Positions 1 to 9,225 of a stretch of 64,000 bases of DNA are shown one piece after another (within the stretch, counting starts at the first letter, position 1; each line of letters begins with the position of its first letter). Source of the stretch: an uncultured Bdellovibrionales bacterium (GTDB lineage: Bacteria; Bdellovibrionota_C; UBA2361; CAIXSY01); contig CAZEAC010000008.1 of assembly GCA_964510065.1 (NCBI GenBank), forward strand, positions 9,007 through 73,006. The letters are read 5' to 3'. The translations under genes were made by a program, and so were the position numbers. Under the pieces are notes generated by a model. That model ran no database searches. It was not told where the DNA came from and was given only the letters and a program-made list of their open reading frames with translations.

Positions 1-141
1 CTTTCCGAATGAAGTTGAGATGACATTACAATGAAACGTCATGCTATTTGGTTTTATTAGGCAAATCAACATGGATGCGAGGAATCTACATGGCGCCGAA
101 ATTCGTATGATTTTTAAGCAGCTAAGTTTTCGGAGGTTCCT

Positions 142-1473
142 CTACTCTGCGCCTGTTAATTTATTTGGCAGGCGTTCACGAGCTATACGCATACCATTAA
201 ATACTGAGTCTGCAATAAACGACGGAAATCCTCGCGGGATTTGTCGGGATACATTTTCAATTACAGAGTCCATCTTTGCGAGTGACTCATTGATAATTGA
301 GATCATTCCTTTTTTCGGAAATCGACAACGCTCTGCTGTTTCTAGCCAATGGCGTGGAACGATTTCCGACCATCGGTAGTGATTGTTTTTACCGATGACA
401 GCCATGGCCATTTTAAGCTTTTGTCGCTCAAGCTGACGCGATTGGACAAGAGGATGAGCCGAGATGACGTCATAGAGCGGTGTTAAACGAAATCGACCTT
501 CAACTTCAAGGAAGATACTAAAGTTCTTGGCGTGACCATCAATCGCCGCGAGCAGCCAAAATAAAAACTGCGCCGTGAGAAACTTGCGACGATCTTCTAA
601 GCTTTCGGCCGATCCCAAGAGCAGTTGCATTATCGCGCGAGTGCCGGGTCCTCCGTCGGACTCGTATTTAAGACTCGGCGGAATTCTTAGGGCTTGGCAC
701 AAGTCTTCTTGAGGTAAACGAATGAGCCATCTATGTTTTTCCGCCCAGACTCTGTCGAAGCGCTCGACTATGAGCACTTTCTGGTCTTCAAACGCAGCGA
801 TTTCAGAATTTGCAACGGGAAGGCCGTACTCTTTTAAGATCAAATGACAAAGCCATTCATTCTCTACACTCTGTGAAAGATCAATACCATGGTGATCAAT
901 CTTGCCGATTGGCAGCTTGAAAATATGACTTGTTGGTGTGCTACCTTTGGGACGATGCCAACGCTTTTTCATTCGAAGAAGCGCGGTTTTTTCCTGCGCA
1001 CCCGCTATGGAGATTCGAAAATCTTCCGCTTGGTCTTGCATGCCCAGCGGAGCGGTACGATACGAGCGAAGAATTGAAGCGATGTCACTATCTTTTAGGC
1101 ATGTGCTTCTAATTTTTCGTACGTTTGGAATAGACTCGTGGGGTGTGAGTTGCAATGCACCGACGCAGTCGCCGCCTATATAACTAAGGAGATCAAAGCA
1201 GCGGTTTGTGTGCGCCTTAAAGCGCTGCTGAATTCTGTTGCGAATAGCAACGCTATCAGGAAGTAGGTTGTCAAAGAAGTTGTACACAAGATCTCCTGTA
1301 TAACGCTTTGGTGAAAGCGGCATACAGAGCGAGATGGGGCGGCGAATGTCGGTCGCCATCCAATCACCGTGATACGAAAAGGCGAGAGTTCCGCTTGAGC
1401 CCTGAACAAGAGACCCCACACGGTAGCCATTCATAAAAACAAAAAGCTCTCGAGATTTTCTCGGGCGCGCCAC
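142..1473 (-). CDS. hipA: HipA-family serine/threonine kinase toxin (type II TA)
   Basis: 443 aa. The N-terminus FVFMNGYRVGSL matches the E. coli HipA N-terminus. P-loop-like ISIAGAQEKTAL and catalytic loop IDGHAKNFSIF are present. The start abuts the hipB stop. Confidence 0.85.
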   Translation of the reverse strand: MARPRKSRELFVFMNGYRVGSLVQGSSGTLAFSYHGDWMATDIRRPISLCMPLSPKRYTGDLVYNFFDNLLPDSVAIRNRIQQRFKAHTNRCFDLLSYIGGDCVGALQLTPHESIPNVRKIRSTCLKDSDIASILRSYRTAPLGMQDQAEDFRISIAGAQEKTALLRMKKRWHRPKGSTPTSHIFKLPIGKIDHHGIDLSQSVENEWLCHLILKEYGLPVANSEIAAFEDQKVLIVERFDRVWAEKHRWLIRLPQEDLCQALRIPPSLKYESDGGPGTRAIMQLLLGSAESLEDRRKFLTAQFLFWLLAAIDGHAKNFSIFLEVEGRFRLTPLYDVISAHPLVQSRQLERQKLKMAMAVIGKNNHYRWSEIVPRHWLETAERCRFPKKGMISIINESLAKMDSVIENVSRQIPRGFPSFIADSVFNGMRIARERLPNKLTGAE

Positions 1474-1725
1474 TTACCACCTCTCTTTTGTGTTACTCTT
1501 AGGAGCATTGCGAGGTTGAATGACGAGCTCGAGATCAAGAGCGGCAAGAAAATGAAATAGAGTATCAAGTCTGGTGCCTGGATTGCCATTCTCAATGCCA
1601 GATATGGTCGATTGATCAATTCCCACCCTCGTGCCTACTTTCTCTTGCGTCAGGTGCTGCTCTTGCCGTTCCAGACGCAGAGCTTGTCCGAGCATGAGGG
1701 GAGAAGAAATAGTATGTTTTTTCAT
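1474..1725 (-). CDS. hipB: HipB-like XRE-family HTH antitoxin
   Basis: 83 aa with an HTH of the Cro/C1 type (LTQEKVGTRVGIDQSTISGIENG). It lies immediately upstream of hipA and adjoins it. A GAGGA Shine-Dalgarno lies 2-3 nt before the ATG. Confidence 0.7.
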   Translation of the reverse strand: MKKHTISSPLMLGQALRLERQEQHLTQEKVGTRVGIDQSTISGIENGNPGTRLDTLFHFLAALDLELVIQPRNAPKSNTKERW

Positions 1726-1748
1726 AATCCTCGTAACAATGGGACTAT

Positions 1749-1787
1749 TGTCATTAGACTATAATTAACAACTATCGTCTAGTGACA
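1749..1787 (-). promoter_or_regulatory. Imperfect 11-bp inverted repeat (TGTCATTAGAC ... GTCTAGTGACA) overlapping -35/-10-like hexamers; putative hipBA promoter and HipB operator
   Basis: Read on the minus strand the region is TTGTCA-N17-ATTATA(GT), about 25-60 nt upstream of the hipB ATG. The palindrome arms at 1749-1759 and 1777-1787 differ by 1 mismatch. HipB is a known autorepressor that binds palindromic operators. Confidence 0.35.
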
Positions 1788-1958
1788 ATAACTATTAATT
1801 ATGGTGAGAAGACCATAACTCCATGAAACGGCGAAATTAATTTGGGTAGTCTTAGCCTACAAATCTCACCAGGGTTCGTCACGAGATGAGTGAGGTGCCC
1901 GTAAATCCGATGGTTAGGCCATGATATATTGTTGAAGCTCGGGTGTACCCTGGACTTC

Positions 1959-3827
1959 TCACTGATACACAACCTCGTCCCGCTGCATCGCCGACCTAAG
2001 ACTCACCGCGGCCTCGACCAGAGCAGGAGCCTCCTCCACAAGCGTCAGTGGCAGGAGCTTAATTTTTTGAGGGAGATCGAGCGACATTACGGATCGTAAG
2101 ACATGCACCTCCTTCGGGAGTCTAAAGGTTGCCTTGACCGCCTCTCGTAGCGCCTTAAGGGCAAGACGTGCCGGGGATCCATTTCCAGAGATAACTTTCG
2201 TAGCGATTACGAATCCGCTCTTCTTGTCAACGACGAGTGCGGCACAGGCAATCTCCGGGCGATCGGTCGGCCGGGCCTGAATGCATCCAATACTACCTAC
2301 GAAACCAAGCTCCCACTCCTGGTCCGATCGAGCGGCGTTCGACATTGCGCTTTCTAGCTTTCGAAGTGCACCTTTTAGTTCGTCAGATTCTGTTGAAGCG
2401 GTAACCGCTCCAAAACTTGGCCGGACGCGACCTATCGCCTCGCACAGATGTTTCTGAAGCTTCGAATAGCTCGCAAGCTTCGCCACGATTACCGAATCGT
2501 CACGCCGTGGCGTAGTCGTCGCCTGAACCGTAAGTCCATAAAGTCCGACGACTCCAAAGAGAAGCTCCTCGTCGCTCGCAAGCCACGGCGCATACCCTCG
2601 ACGCTTCATCTGCGGGACGGGCAACTTCGCGCGATGCTCATCGACATGGAGTTTCTCTACCTCTCTTCTTAGCTGCGGGGGAAGCGAATGAAGATCCTCA
2701 ACATGGAGCCACAACGCCTCGGACATCCAGCCATACGCTGATCCGGCAATCTCTTGCGAAGCTGTATCACGGCTAATCGACATGTCAGCAACTTCATTAA
2801 TCAGGTCAAATGCTGCCTCGCTAAGAAAGATATTAGCGCCAAACAACTCGCCTAAGCCGCCGCTATGCTGCGCGACCACCGTGCGCTCTTCATCAAGGGG
2901 AATATAAACAGGCTGCTCCTGATAACGGAGCCAGGGCGACCGATCAAAGAGAAATCGAGCCTGTGCCACCAGCAGCGCAAGAATCTTCGGACGCGAGGAG
3001 AGATCAGTTGCCAAAATCTTCTGCGCAAAGGCCTCGATTTCCTGTGGCGGAAGCAGATCGGCACGCGCCCCACCCCGCCCCGAAGTTTTAGAATGCAAAC
3101 GTGGACTCACCGCGCGGAGCCGCAAGAGCGCCTCAGGGATCTCCTTCCAGAAGCGACCGATCCAGAAAGCGTACCACGCTGCTTCAGGAACTGAGCCTGG
3201 TTTAAAACTAAAATCAGCGGCGATTTTGGCAGGAAGCTGCTTCACGCCGAGAAGGTACTTTACAACATGAGGATTTTGCGCGGAGGCGGCTATTGCATGG
3301 ATCTCAAATTCAGGATCGGCGCTCGCGGCATCGACAAGTGCAAGGTTGAAAAGTCCAAGGCCAGAAGTGTCCGCATAGCGCTCAATCAGTTGCCGCGCGT
3401 CATCTATCCGCTTCGACGCCAAAAAAAGCCCTGGTAGCAAATAGCGCGCACCAAGAAAGTCATGTGCCGCAAGTCTATGAACCTCTTCCAAAAGCGCGCA
3501 GGCCTTCTCCAACAAGTCCTGCTTGAAAAATTCCTTCGCCGACGACCATAAAATTTGAAGATGCACTGAAGCCGGTGATTCAGGCATAACCGACTGATCA
3601 GCAGCATTCGAGAGCTCCTCTTCAAATAAACGCCTCGAACCATCACAGGCCTGATTGCAGATCGCAATTCGTGAAGCCGATTCCGTAGTCTTTCGAAGAC
3701 TTGCTACTAATACTTGGCGCAGCATACCCGCTCGCTGAGCGGTATCAAGGGGTGTGGTCTCTAGGAAGTCCACCAGATCGCCAAGAGTGCCTTCTTTCTT
3801 TTTCCCAATCCTCTCTTTCATTAACAA
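1959..3827 (-). CDS. hypothetical protein (622 aa, soluble, no recognisable motif)
   Basis: Long uninterrupted ORF on the same strand as hipBA, separated from hipB by a 233-bp spacer. Composition is gene-like. I recognise no family signature. Confidence 0.5.
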   Translation of the reverse strand: MLMKERIGKKKEGTLGDLVDFLETTPLDTAQRAGMLRQVLVASLRKTTESASRIAICNQACDGSRRLFEEELSNAADQSVMPESPASVHLQILWSSAKEFFKQDLLEKACALLEEVHRLAAHDFLGARYLLPGLFLASKRIDDARQLIERYADTSGLGLFNLALVDAASADPEFEIHAIAASAQNPHVVKYLLGVKQLPAKIAADFSFKPGSVPEAAWYAFWIGRFWKEIPEALLRLRAVSPRLHSKTSGRGGARADLLPPQEIEAFAQKILATDLSSRPKILALLVAQARFLFDRSPWLRYQEQPVYIPLDEERTVVAQHSGGLGELFGANIFLSEAAFDLINEVADMSISRDTASQEIAGSAYGWMSEALWLHVEDLHSLPPQLRREVEKLHVDEHRAKLPVPQMKRRGYAPWLASDEELLFGVVGLYGLTVQATTTPRRDDSVIVAKLASYSKLQKHLCEAIGRVRPSFGAVTASTESDELKGALRKLESAMSNAARSDQEWELGFVGSIGCIQARPTDRPEIACAALVVDKKSGFVIATKVISGNGSPARLALKALREAVKATFRLPKEVHVLRSVMSLDLPQKIKLLPLTLVEEAPALVEAAVSLRSAMQRDEVVYQ

Positions 3828-3890
3828 ATCAGAGCAAGTTTCAAAATAAAAATCAATATTACTATGTGGCTCGAAACCTTCATAAAATCA

Positions 3891-4178
3891 CTATTTGAAT
3901 GCCGTGAAGTCTAGTTTCGAAAGCCAATCACAAAGTAGTCGTACCTTTACACCAAATGGGTAATCGAACGGATCGTGTAATGATTGAACGAGCTGTATAC
4001 ACTCGGCGCTGCTATGATGTTGCGCGAATGTCTTAAAGGCAGGATTAGCCTCAGTCTCGGATCTTTTGACCTCAATCAGGAAACGGGAATTATCGTGAAT
4101 GCGTACCAAGAAGTCGATCTCCCGCCCTTCTTTATTCTTGGCAGCTGAGAGCGTGCTTGAGTCATGTTGACTCCATAA
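3891..4178 (-). pseudogene. N-terminally truncated PD-(D/E)xK nuclease remnant (YraN/UPF0102-like)
   Basis: The open frame ...GREIDFLVRIHDNSRFLIEVKRSE... matches the GEIDLI...VEVKxR core of YraN-type nucleases. Only about 17 codons lie upstream before an in-frame stop, and the only start in the ORF track is a TTG at 4109. Confidence 0.3.
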
Positions 4179-4229
4179 TTAGCGTCAACAAAAGCGCTTT
4201 AAGCTACGCAGGGCAGGATCGCCACCGCT

Positions 4230-5783
4230 CTATCGGACCTCAAATACCGTAGCCACCGCGTCAGCATGGATCAAAAAATAACGGGAGTCCTGCGCCAATT
4301 TTTTGCTTAACGCCGAGCGCGTAGCAAGCATAAGATGCGAAACTTTCATCGCACGAAGAAATGGCTGCATATCAACGTCCCCCTTCAGATAACCAAAATA
4401 TTCCCGGTAATAGCTCTCGCCAAAAAGCACACAGCGGTCATCGATGATTGCCTTAAGCTTTCCTGCGCCAGCGAAAGTTATAAAACCACCCCAATTGGGC
4501 GAGGCAAAAACGACCGGCGCCAAATCTCGCTTCACTGAGAGCATCTGTTCGACTGCGGCATAGGGAAAGCGCTCCTTGGATGGACCAAAGCTGCCATTGA
4601 ATCCAGGAATAGTTCCTGTAGCTCTTGCCGACAGCGCCACCACAATGCTCACCACCGCCAGGGCGCCAAATCGGAGGGCGCTTTTTTCATGACTTTCAAG
4701 GGTGCCGAAAATTCTTGTCACGGGGCGAAGAATACCAAGCGCTCCAAAAACTCGGCTTCGTGAAAAATTAAAGAGGATCTCGGCGACAAACGGTACCATC
4801 GCCATTCCGAAAAAAGGCAGCACTCGCACAACTTTCACGCACCATGCACCAAACACAAGGAAAAGAAGTATCTCGTAGCTACCAACCTTCAACCCCTGCA
4901 CTCCTCCCAAAAGGAGCGACGCGATGGCGAGCCCTACAATAAGAAGCCAAAGATCGCCCTCAGCGCTGGCCATACTCAGAGCACCCCACTCATCATAGAG
5001 CGATTTGAGATAATCACTTCCGACCAGCGAAAAGATGCTCTCATGGAGCGCTACTCCGTAGGGATTTATCAGCGTTCCAAGAAGTGAGACGAAAATCGCA
5101 ACGGCCCCAAAGGCTATCATTCCGTGCTGCACTGATCTTCCAAAAAACATTCGCTCGGAAATAAGCGCCACAACATGCACCAGGAGAAGCGCGAGTCCAA
5201 TCACAAACGAAGGGTGCAGATTCGCCCAAAGCACAAACAGCGCGAAATACGCACATAGGTAGCCAAACGCACTGAGCAGACTTACCCCCGTACCGGCACG
5301 GCGCCAAAGCTTAAGAGAAAGAAGCAGCGCGCAGGCAAAGCACAGATGCCCAAATAGGACAGGACGCAAAATAAAATGCACTGCACCAAGCCGGAGTCCT
5401 AGAAGTGCTGCCACGCTTACCGCAATTGCCGAGCTATATTTACGACCGAGCGGATGGGCAAGCAGTGCTAAGAACGCAAAAAGATACAGCAGCACACCTC
5501 CAGCGTAGAGCAGTGGCCAGGAACCCTGGCGATAGAACACCTGCATAATCAGATCCGAAAGCCACTGATCTGACACCCAGCTTCGCGCTTCTGTTGAATA
5601 AAGAAACGGATCGTGGGTAGGGATGCTTCTTGTATCAAGCATATACGCGCCGCTCTTGAGGTGCCAACCAAGGCCGGGGTCATCGGCGAACGTATCGAGT
5701 TGAAGAGTAATCAGCAGAGTCGCCGCGACGATTACGACGAGGTCGTGGATCGAGATAAGCGATCTGCAGCACCGCGCAACCAT
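4230..5783 (-). CDS. polytopic membrane protein, GT-C-like (DUF2029/GT87-related) putative glycosyltransferase with C-terminal soluble domain
   Basis: 517 aa with more than 10 predicted TM segments. An acidic motif FADDPGLGWHL is followed by ...DPFLY in the first loop. The start abuts the upstream DUF2029 gene (stop 5785, start 5783). Confidence 0.55.
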   Translation of the reverse strand: MVARCCRSLISIHDLVVIVAATLLITLQLDTFADDPGLGWHLKSGAYMLDTRSIPTHDPFLYSTEARSWVSDQWLSDLIMQVFYRQGSWPLLYAGGVLLYLFAFLALLAHPLGRKYSSAIAVSVAALLGLRLGAVHFILRPVLFGHLCFACALLLSLKLWRRAGTGVSLLSAFGYLCAYFALFVLWANLHPSFVIGLALLLVHVVALISERMFFGRSVQHGMIAFGAVAIFVSLLGTLINPYGVALHESIFSLVGSDYLKSLYDEWGALSMASAEGDLWLLIVGLAIASLLLGGVQGLKVGSYEILLFLVFGAWCVKVVRVLPFFGMAMVPFVAEILFNFSRSRVFGALGILRPVTRIFGTLESHEKSALRFGALAVVSIVVALSARATGTIPGFNGSFGPSKERFPYAAVEQMLSVKRDLAPVVFASPNWGGFITFAGAGKLKAIIDDRCVLFGESYYREYFGYLKGDVDMQPFLRAMKVSHLMLATRSALSKKLAQDSRYFLIHADAVATVFEVR

Positions 5784-5784
5784 T

Positions 5785-6783
5785 TTAACGCCGCTCCTGT
5801 AACATTAACCTCCAGCTTAGCAGGGGCAATGCAAGTATTGAAAGTTTAGAAATGCAGAAATTCCACCATTGTGCCTGTGCGCCCGACGAAAGTGACACTA
5901 GATCTTCAGGCGACAGCGACATCAAAATGAGCGCTACAAGGATGCAAATTCTGTCAGATTTTAACATTGGCCGCGATAGCAGCAGACCAATCGGAACGAA
6001 TGTAACGATAAAGACCGCGGAACTTACAAGCGGCGCAAGTAGAGGAATGGCGAGAAGCAGCAGTGCGAACCCATAATCGAGCTCACGCGAGGAACGCATT
6101 GACTTCATGACACTAAGCATTCCCCGCACGAGCAGTGCGAAAAGCGCGGCGAAGACAAACCCACCAAGCCACGGCGCATCAAAGGCCGGCGCAGATTCAC
6201 CGGCTTGAAATACCGACATAATTAGCGCAAATAGCGAGATATTACCCGGGAGCGCTCCCCATGTCTGTAGAAGCTCCGGATTCTCATACAATCGCAGGTC
6301 ATGCAGATTGCGAAGTTCCGGGATAAGCACGAACGAAACGAGCACCGCGCACGCAGCAAGCGCAAACCCAGTGGCGGCTCGCCAACTACGACGAAATATA
6401 AGCCAGATAAGGAGCATCACTGCCGCAGGCTGTAACACAGAGCCTGCCCCAAAGAAGATGCCGGCACTAATCTCTTTACCGCGCCGGTAACTCAACCACC
6501 CAAGCACTATAAGCAATGCGACAAAGCTCCACGGGCTCTTGCTTGTGATAAGTTGAAGAAACGGAAACCAAAGAAGTAGCCCCGGTAACGAGAAGACAAA
6601 AAGACTCCCGATAAGTGAAAACTCTTTAGTAATCAGTATCAGTAGCGACAGATAGGCAAGCAATGAAAGCGCGCCCAGAAGAACGCTATTCGCGGGAAGC
6701 AAAAAACATAAGACCGCTACGGCAAGAAGTGAAAGCGCAGCAATAACGGCGCCATAGAGCCTTCGATATCTCGATGTAATCAC
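5785..6783 (-). CDS. DUF2029/GT87-like membrane protein (paralog family)
   Basis: 332 aa and polytopic. The conserved block RGKEISAGIFFGAGSVLQPAAVMLLIWLIFRRSWRA is nearly identical in pattern to RGRDISAGIFWGSAAALKLFPLLWILMLLIGRRWRA in the 16495-17634 ORF. Confidence 0.55.
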   Translation of the reverse strand: MITSRYRRLYGAVIAALSLLAVAVLCFLLPANSVLLGALSLLAYLSLLILITKEFSLIGSLFVFSLPGLLLWFPFLQLITSKSPWSFVALLIVLGWLSYRRGKEISAGIFFGAGSVLQPAAVMLLIWLIFRRSWRAATGFALAACAVLVSFVLIPELRNLHDLRLYENPELLQTWGALPGNISLFALIMSVFQAGESAPAFDAPWLGGFVFAALFALLVRGMLSVMKSMRSSRELDYGFALLLLAIPLLAPLVSSAVFIVTFVPIGLLLSRPMLKSDRICILVALILMSLSPEDLVSLSSGAQAQWWNFCISKLSILALPLLSWRLMLQERR

Positions 6784-6928
6784 CTTAGAATCTTGCAGTG
6801 CCGTGCCTCAATTGAAAAGCCCCTTCTAGTCGTGTGCGCCACAGACTCGTGGCGCAGGTTCCTCGGGACCGCGACCTCGAACTCATTTTGTCGTCTTTCC
6901 GCGAACGTTCCTTGCGCATATTCTCATA

Positions 6929-8101
6929 ATGGAAAGAATGAATCTCAAAGAATTTATACTGCATCTTTGCCTCGCGGCACTCGTCGTAAGCTGCATTGAA
7001 CTTCCGGCATTAGTAAACACAGATCTCTTTGCCTACTACAGTGCTTCAAAAGTCGTGACCAGTGGTGAGAACCCCTATGTCACAGAACCTCTTCTCACTT
7101 TTCAAAAAGAGCTAAAATCAGGACAGCATGAAGCCTTCCGAGTCTGGAACCCTCCAACGGTATTTGGCCTCTTTATTCCGCTTTCGCTTCTTGGACCTGA
7201 GAACGCTGTAAGAATTTGGTTCGGACTATCGCTGCTCGGTCTCACACTATCAGCGAATATTTGGTGGTGCATGTTGGGGCAAAAGTCGTCTCGGCTATTA
7301 CTAGAAGTAAGCTCGGTGCTGCTCTTTCTGCCCGCGCTACTTGCGCTTAGGCTGTGCCAGTTGAATGCCGTTTTACTGCTATTTTTCGTGCTTGGACTAC
7401 TATTTCTCCAAAAGGAACGCTTCTACTTTTCAGGCTTACTCCTTGGCATACTCTTCATAAAACCTCACGCATTCTGGCTTCCTTGCGTCGTCGCGAGCTT
7501 TCTTGCCGCTCGTGCCTTACGTTGGCAGTTTTTCCTGGGTGCTATCAGCGCCGCCGCAATATTCTCGCTTCCAGCACTACTATTTCGCCAAAGCGTATGG
7601 CTCGACTGGATTCACACTCCACGCCCGCCTGTCGACAACATCGCTTCAAGTTTGGTTGGCATCGCACGGCTTACCCTATCGCGCTCTGGCGAGCTTCCGC
7701 CGCTCTGGCCGGGCTGGCTAATTCCCGGCCTTGCGCTTCTGCTGCTAGGAATCTTTCTCCTTCGCTCAAATGGCGAAGCCTCGTTTGGAAAAGCTATTAG
7801 TATCGCGGCAATTCTAAGCCCGATTGCGATGCCTTACGGCTTTTTTAATGATCAGCTCATCGCCGTGCTTGGCCAGTGCTATCTGCTTCAACGAATCTTC
7901 AACAAGCAACGCTCAGCTATCGACTACATGATGCTTGCTGCTCTTGTACTGCTTCAGATCAGCACTCTTCTGTTTGCAGCCTTCGTAGCGCTTGATCATC
8001 GAACCTTTTGGTATCCGATTGGGCTGCTATGCATTTTTGCTGAATTTGAGCGACGAGAAGCAAGACTAAGGCCTTGTGGCAAGCACTCGGGCAGCGCTTA
8101 A
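6929..8101 (+). CDS. DUF2029/GT87-family membrane glycosyltransferase (GT-C)
   Basis: 390 aa and polytopic. The N-terminal loop motif DLFAYYSASKVVTSGENPY (D-x-YY ... PY) is typical of the PimE-like DUF2029 family. A central K/R-rich loop block is shared with the paralogs. Confidence 0.6.
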   Translation: MERMNLKEFILHLCLAALVVSCIELPALVNTDLFAYYSASKVVTSGENPYVTEPLLTFQKELKSGQHEAFRVWNPPTVFGLFIPLSLLGPENAVRIWFGLSLLGLTLSANIWWCMLGQKSSRLLLEVSSVLLFLPALLALRLCQLNAVLLLFFVLGLLFLQKERFYFSGLLLGILFIKPHAFWLPCVVASFLAARALRWQFFLGAISAAAIFSLPALLFRQSVWLDWIHTPRPPVDNIASSLVGIARLTLSRSGELPPLWPGWLIPGLALLLLGIFLLRSNGEASFGKAISIAAILSPIAMPYGFFNDQLIAVLGQCYLLQRIFNKQRSAIDYMMLAALVLLQISTLLFAAFVALDHRTFWYPIGLLCIFAEFERREARLRPCGKHSGSA

Positions 8102-9136
8102 AAGATTTTCGGCAACGAGATCGGGCGTTACTGCATATTTCTTATCATCGCCGGCGCGGCCGGTTTTTACCAGCACGCCAAACATTCCGGCATTGCGTGC
8201 AAGCTGTATATCAATAGTCATATCGCCGATTACTACGCTTCGTTCGCGAATTATATTGAGCTCACGAATCCCGCGTTCGACCATCCCGGTACTTGGTTTT
8301 CGGCAGCTGCAATTTTCTGCGTCAGAATGCGGACAGTAAAGAATCTTGTCGAATACCACACCAGCTTCCCGCGCAAGCAGCATCATCTTTCGATTAACCC
8401 GATAAAAATCCTCTTTGGTAAAATAGCCCAGACCGATCCCGGGCTGATTAGTTACTATTACAATGCGGTAGCCGTGTTGCCGCAAAAGTTTAATACCCTC
8501 GAAAGCTCCGGGGATGATTTCCAATTTTTCGGGTTCGGCAAGAAAATCAACGTACTCATTAATCGTTCCATCGCGATCGATAAACGCCGCCGGAGCGGGA
8601 GTCGGAGGAGCAATCACGATACTACTCGCCTCCGATTTTGCGCACTGCGATGAGATCTTTTCGATTATTGCGCTCGAAGAGTATCCGGCGAGCACCGGAA
8701 CGAGCAGCACCTTTCCGCCATACGCTTCGACAAGCTTCGCTGAGGAGAGCTCTTCTCTCTTGTAGTCTCCGGCCTTTATGTAAAAATCTGGCTTTAGCGC
8801 TTCAATGTTCGCTGCGTTATTTTTCTCGGAGAAAATAAATACGAAATCGACGGAAGCGAGCGCAGCAATAACCTGGGCGCGCTCTTTTTCACCAACTATA
8901 GGCCGATTGCTTCCCTTGTTCTCCTGTACCGAACTATCTGAATTGATGCCAACCACAAGACAGTCGCACTTTGCGCGGGCTTTCTCGAGGTAGTCAACGT
9001 GGCCAGGGTGTACGATGTCGAACACGCCCGACGTAAAACCAACCTTCTTCTCCGACCTATTCCATCCCGTAAAGAGGCCCGCTATTTCATCGCGGGTCAC
9101 AAGTTTTTGCATATATGCACTCATCAGTAGCGTCAT
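8066..9136 (-). CDS. bifunctional heptose-1-phosphate adenylyltransferase (HldE domain II-like cytidylyltransferase) fused to D,D-heptose-1,7-bisphosphate phosphatase (GmhB-like HAD)
   Basis: N-terminal half: GVFDIVHPGHVDYL (the HxGH nucleotidyltransferase motif of RfaE/HldE domain II). C-terminal half: FIDRDGTINEY...VIVTNQPGI...CPH...CxCRKP (the GmhB HAD and zinc motifs). The start was chosen at the Met preceded by AAAGGTG; the maximal ORF extends to 9154. Confidence 0.7.
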   Translation of the reverse strand: MTLLMSAYMQKLVTRDEIAGLFTGWNRSEKKVGFTSGVFDIVHPGHVDYLEKARAKCDCLVVGINSDSSVQENKGSNRPIVGEKERAQVIAALASVDFVFIFSEKNNAANIEALKPDFYIKAGDYKREELSSAKLVEAYGGKVLLVPVLAGYSSSAIIEKISSQCAKSEASSIVIAPPTPAPAAFIDRDGTINEYVDFLAEPEKLEIIPGAFEGIKLLRQHGYRIVIVTNQPGIGLGYFTKEDFYRVNRKMMLLAREAGVVFDKILYCPHSDAENCSCRKPSTGMVERGIRELNIIRERSVVIGDMTIDIQLARNAGMFGVLVKTGRAGDDKKYAVTPDLVAENLLSAARVLATRP

Positions 9137-9225
9137 TGTAGAGCACCTTTGCATTGAGGTAAATACGACAGAGAAGCACCGTGTTGATTATACAAGTCCG
9201 CGCCTATGGTCACTGCGGCTACGCA

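Noticed and set aside
41-379. 112-aa plus-strand ORF at the window start
   Set aside because: It lies antisense to the 3' end of hipA and downstream of its stop. It has no motif and is typical of a spurious ORF in a GC-moderate genome.
7354-7800. 148-aa plus-strand ORF inside the DUF2029 gene, in an alternate frame
   Set aside because: It is an out-of-frame overlap with a well-supported membrane protein gene. Its Arg-rich translation is typical of GC-rich off-frame ORFs.
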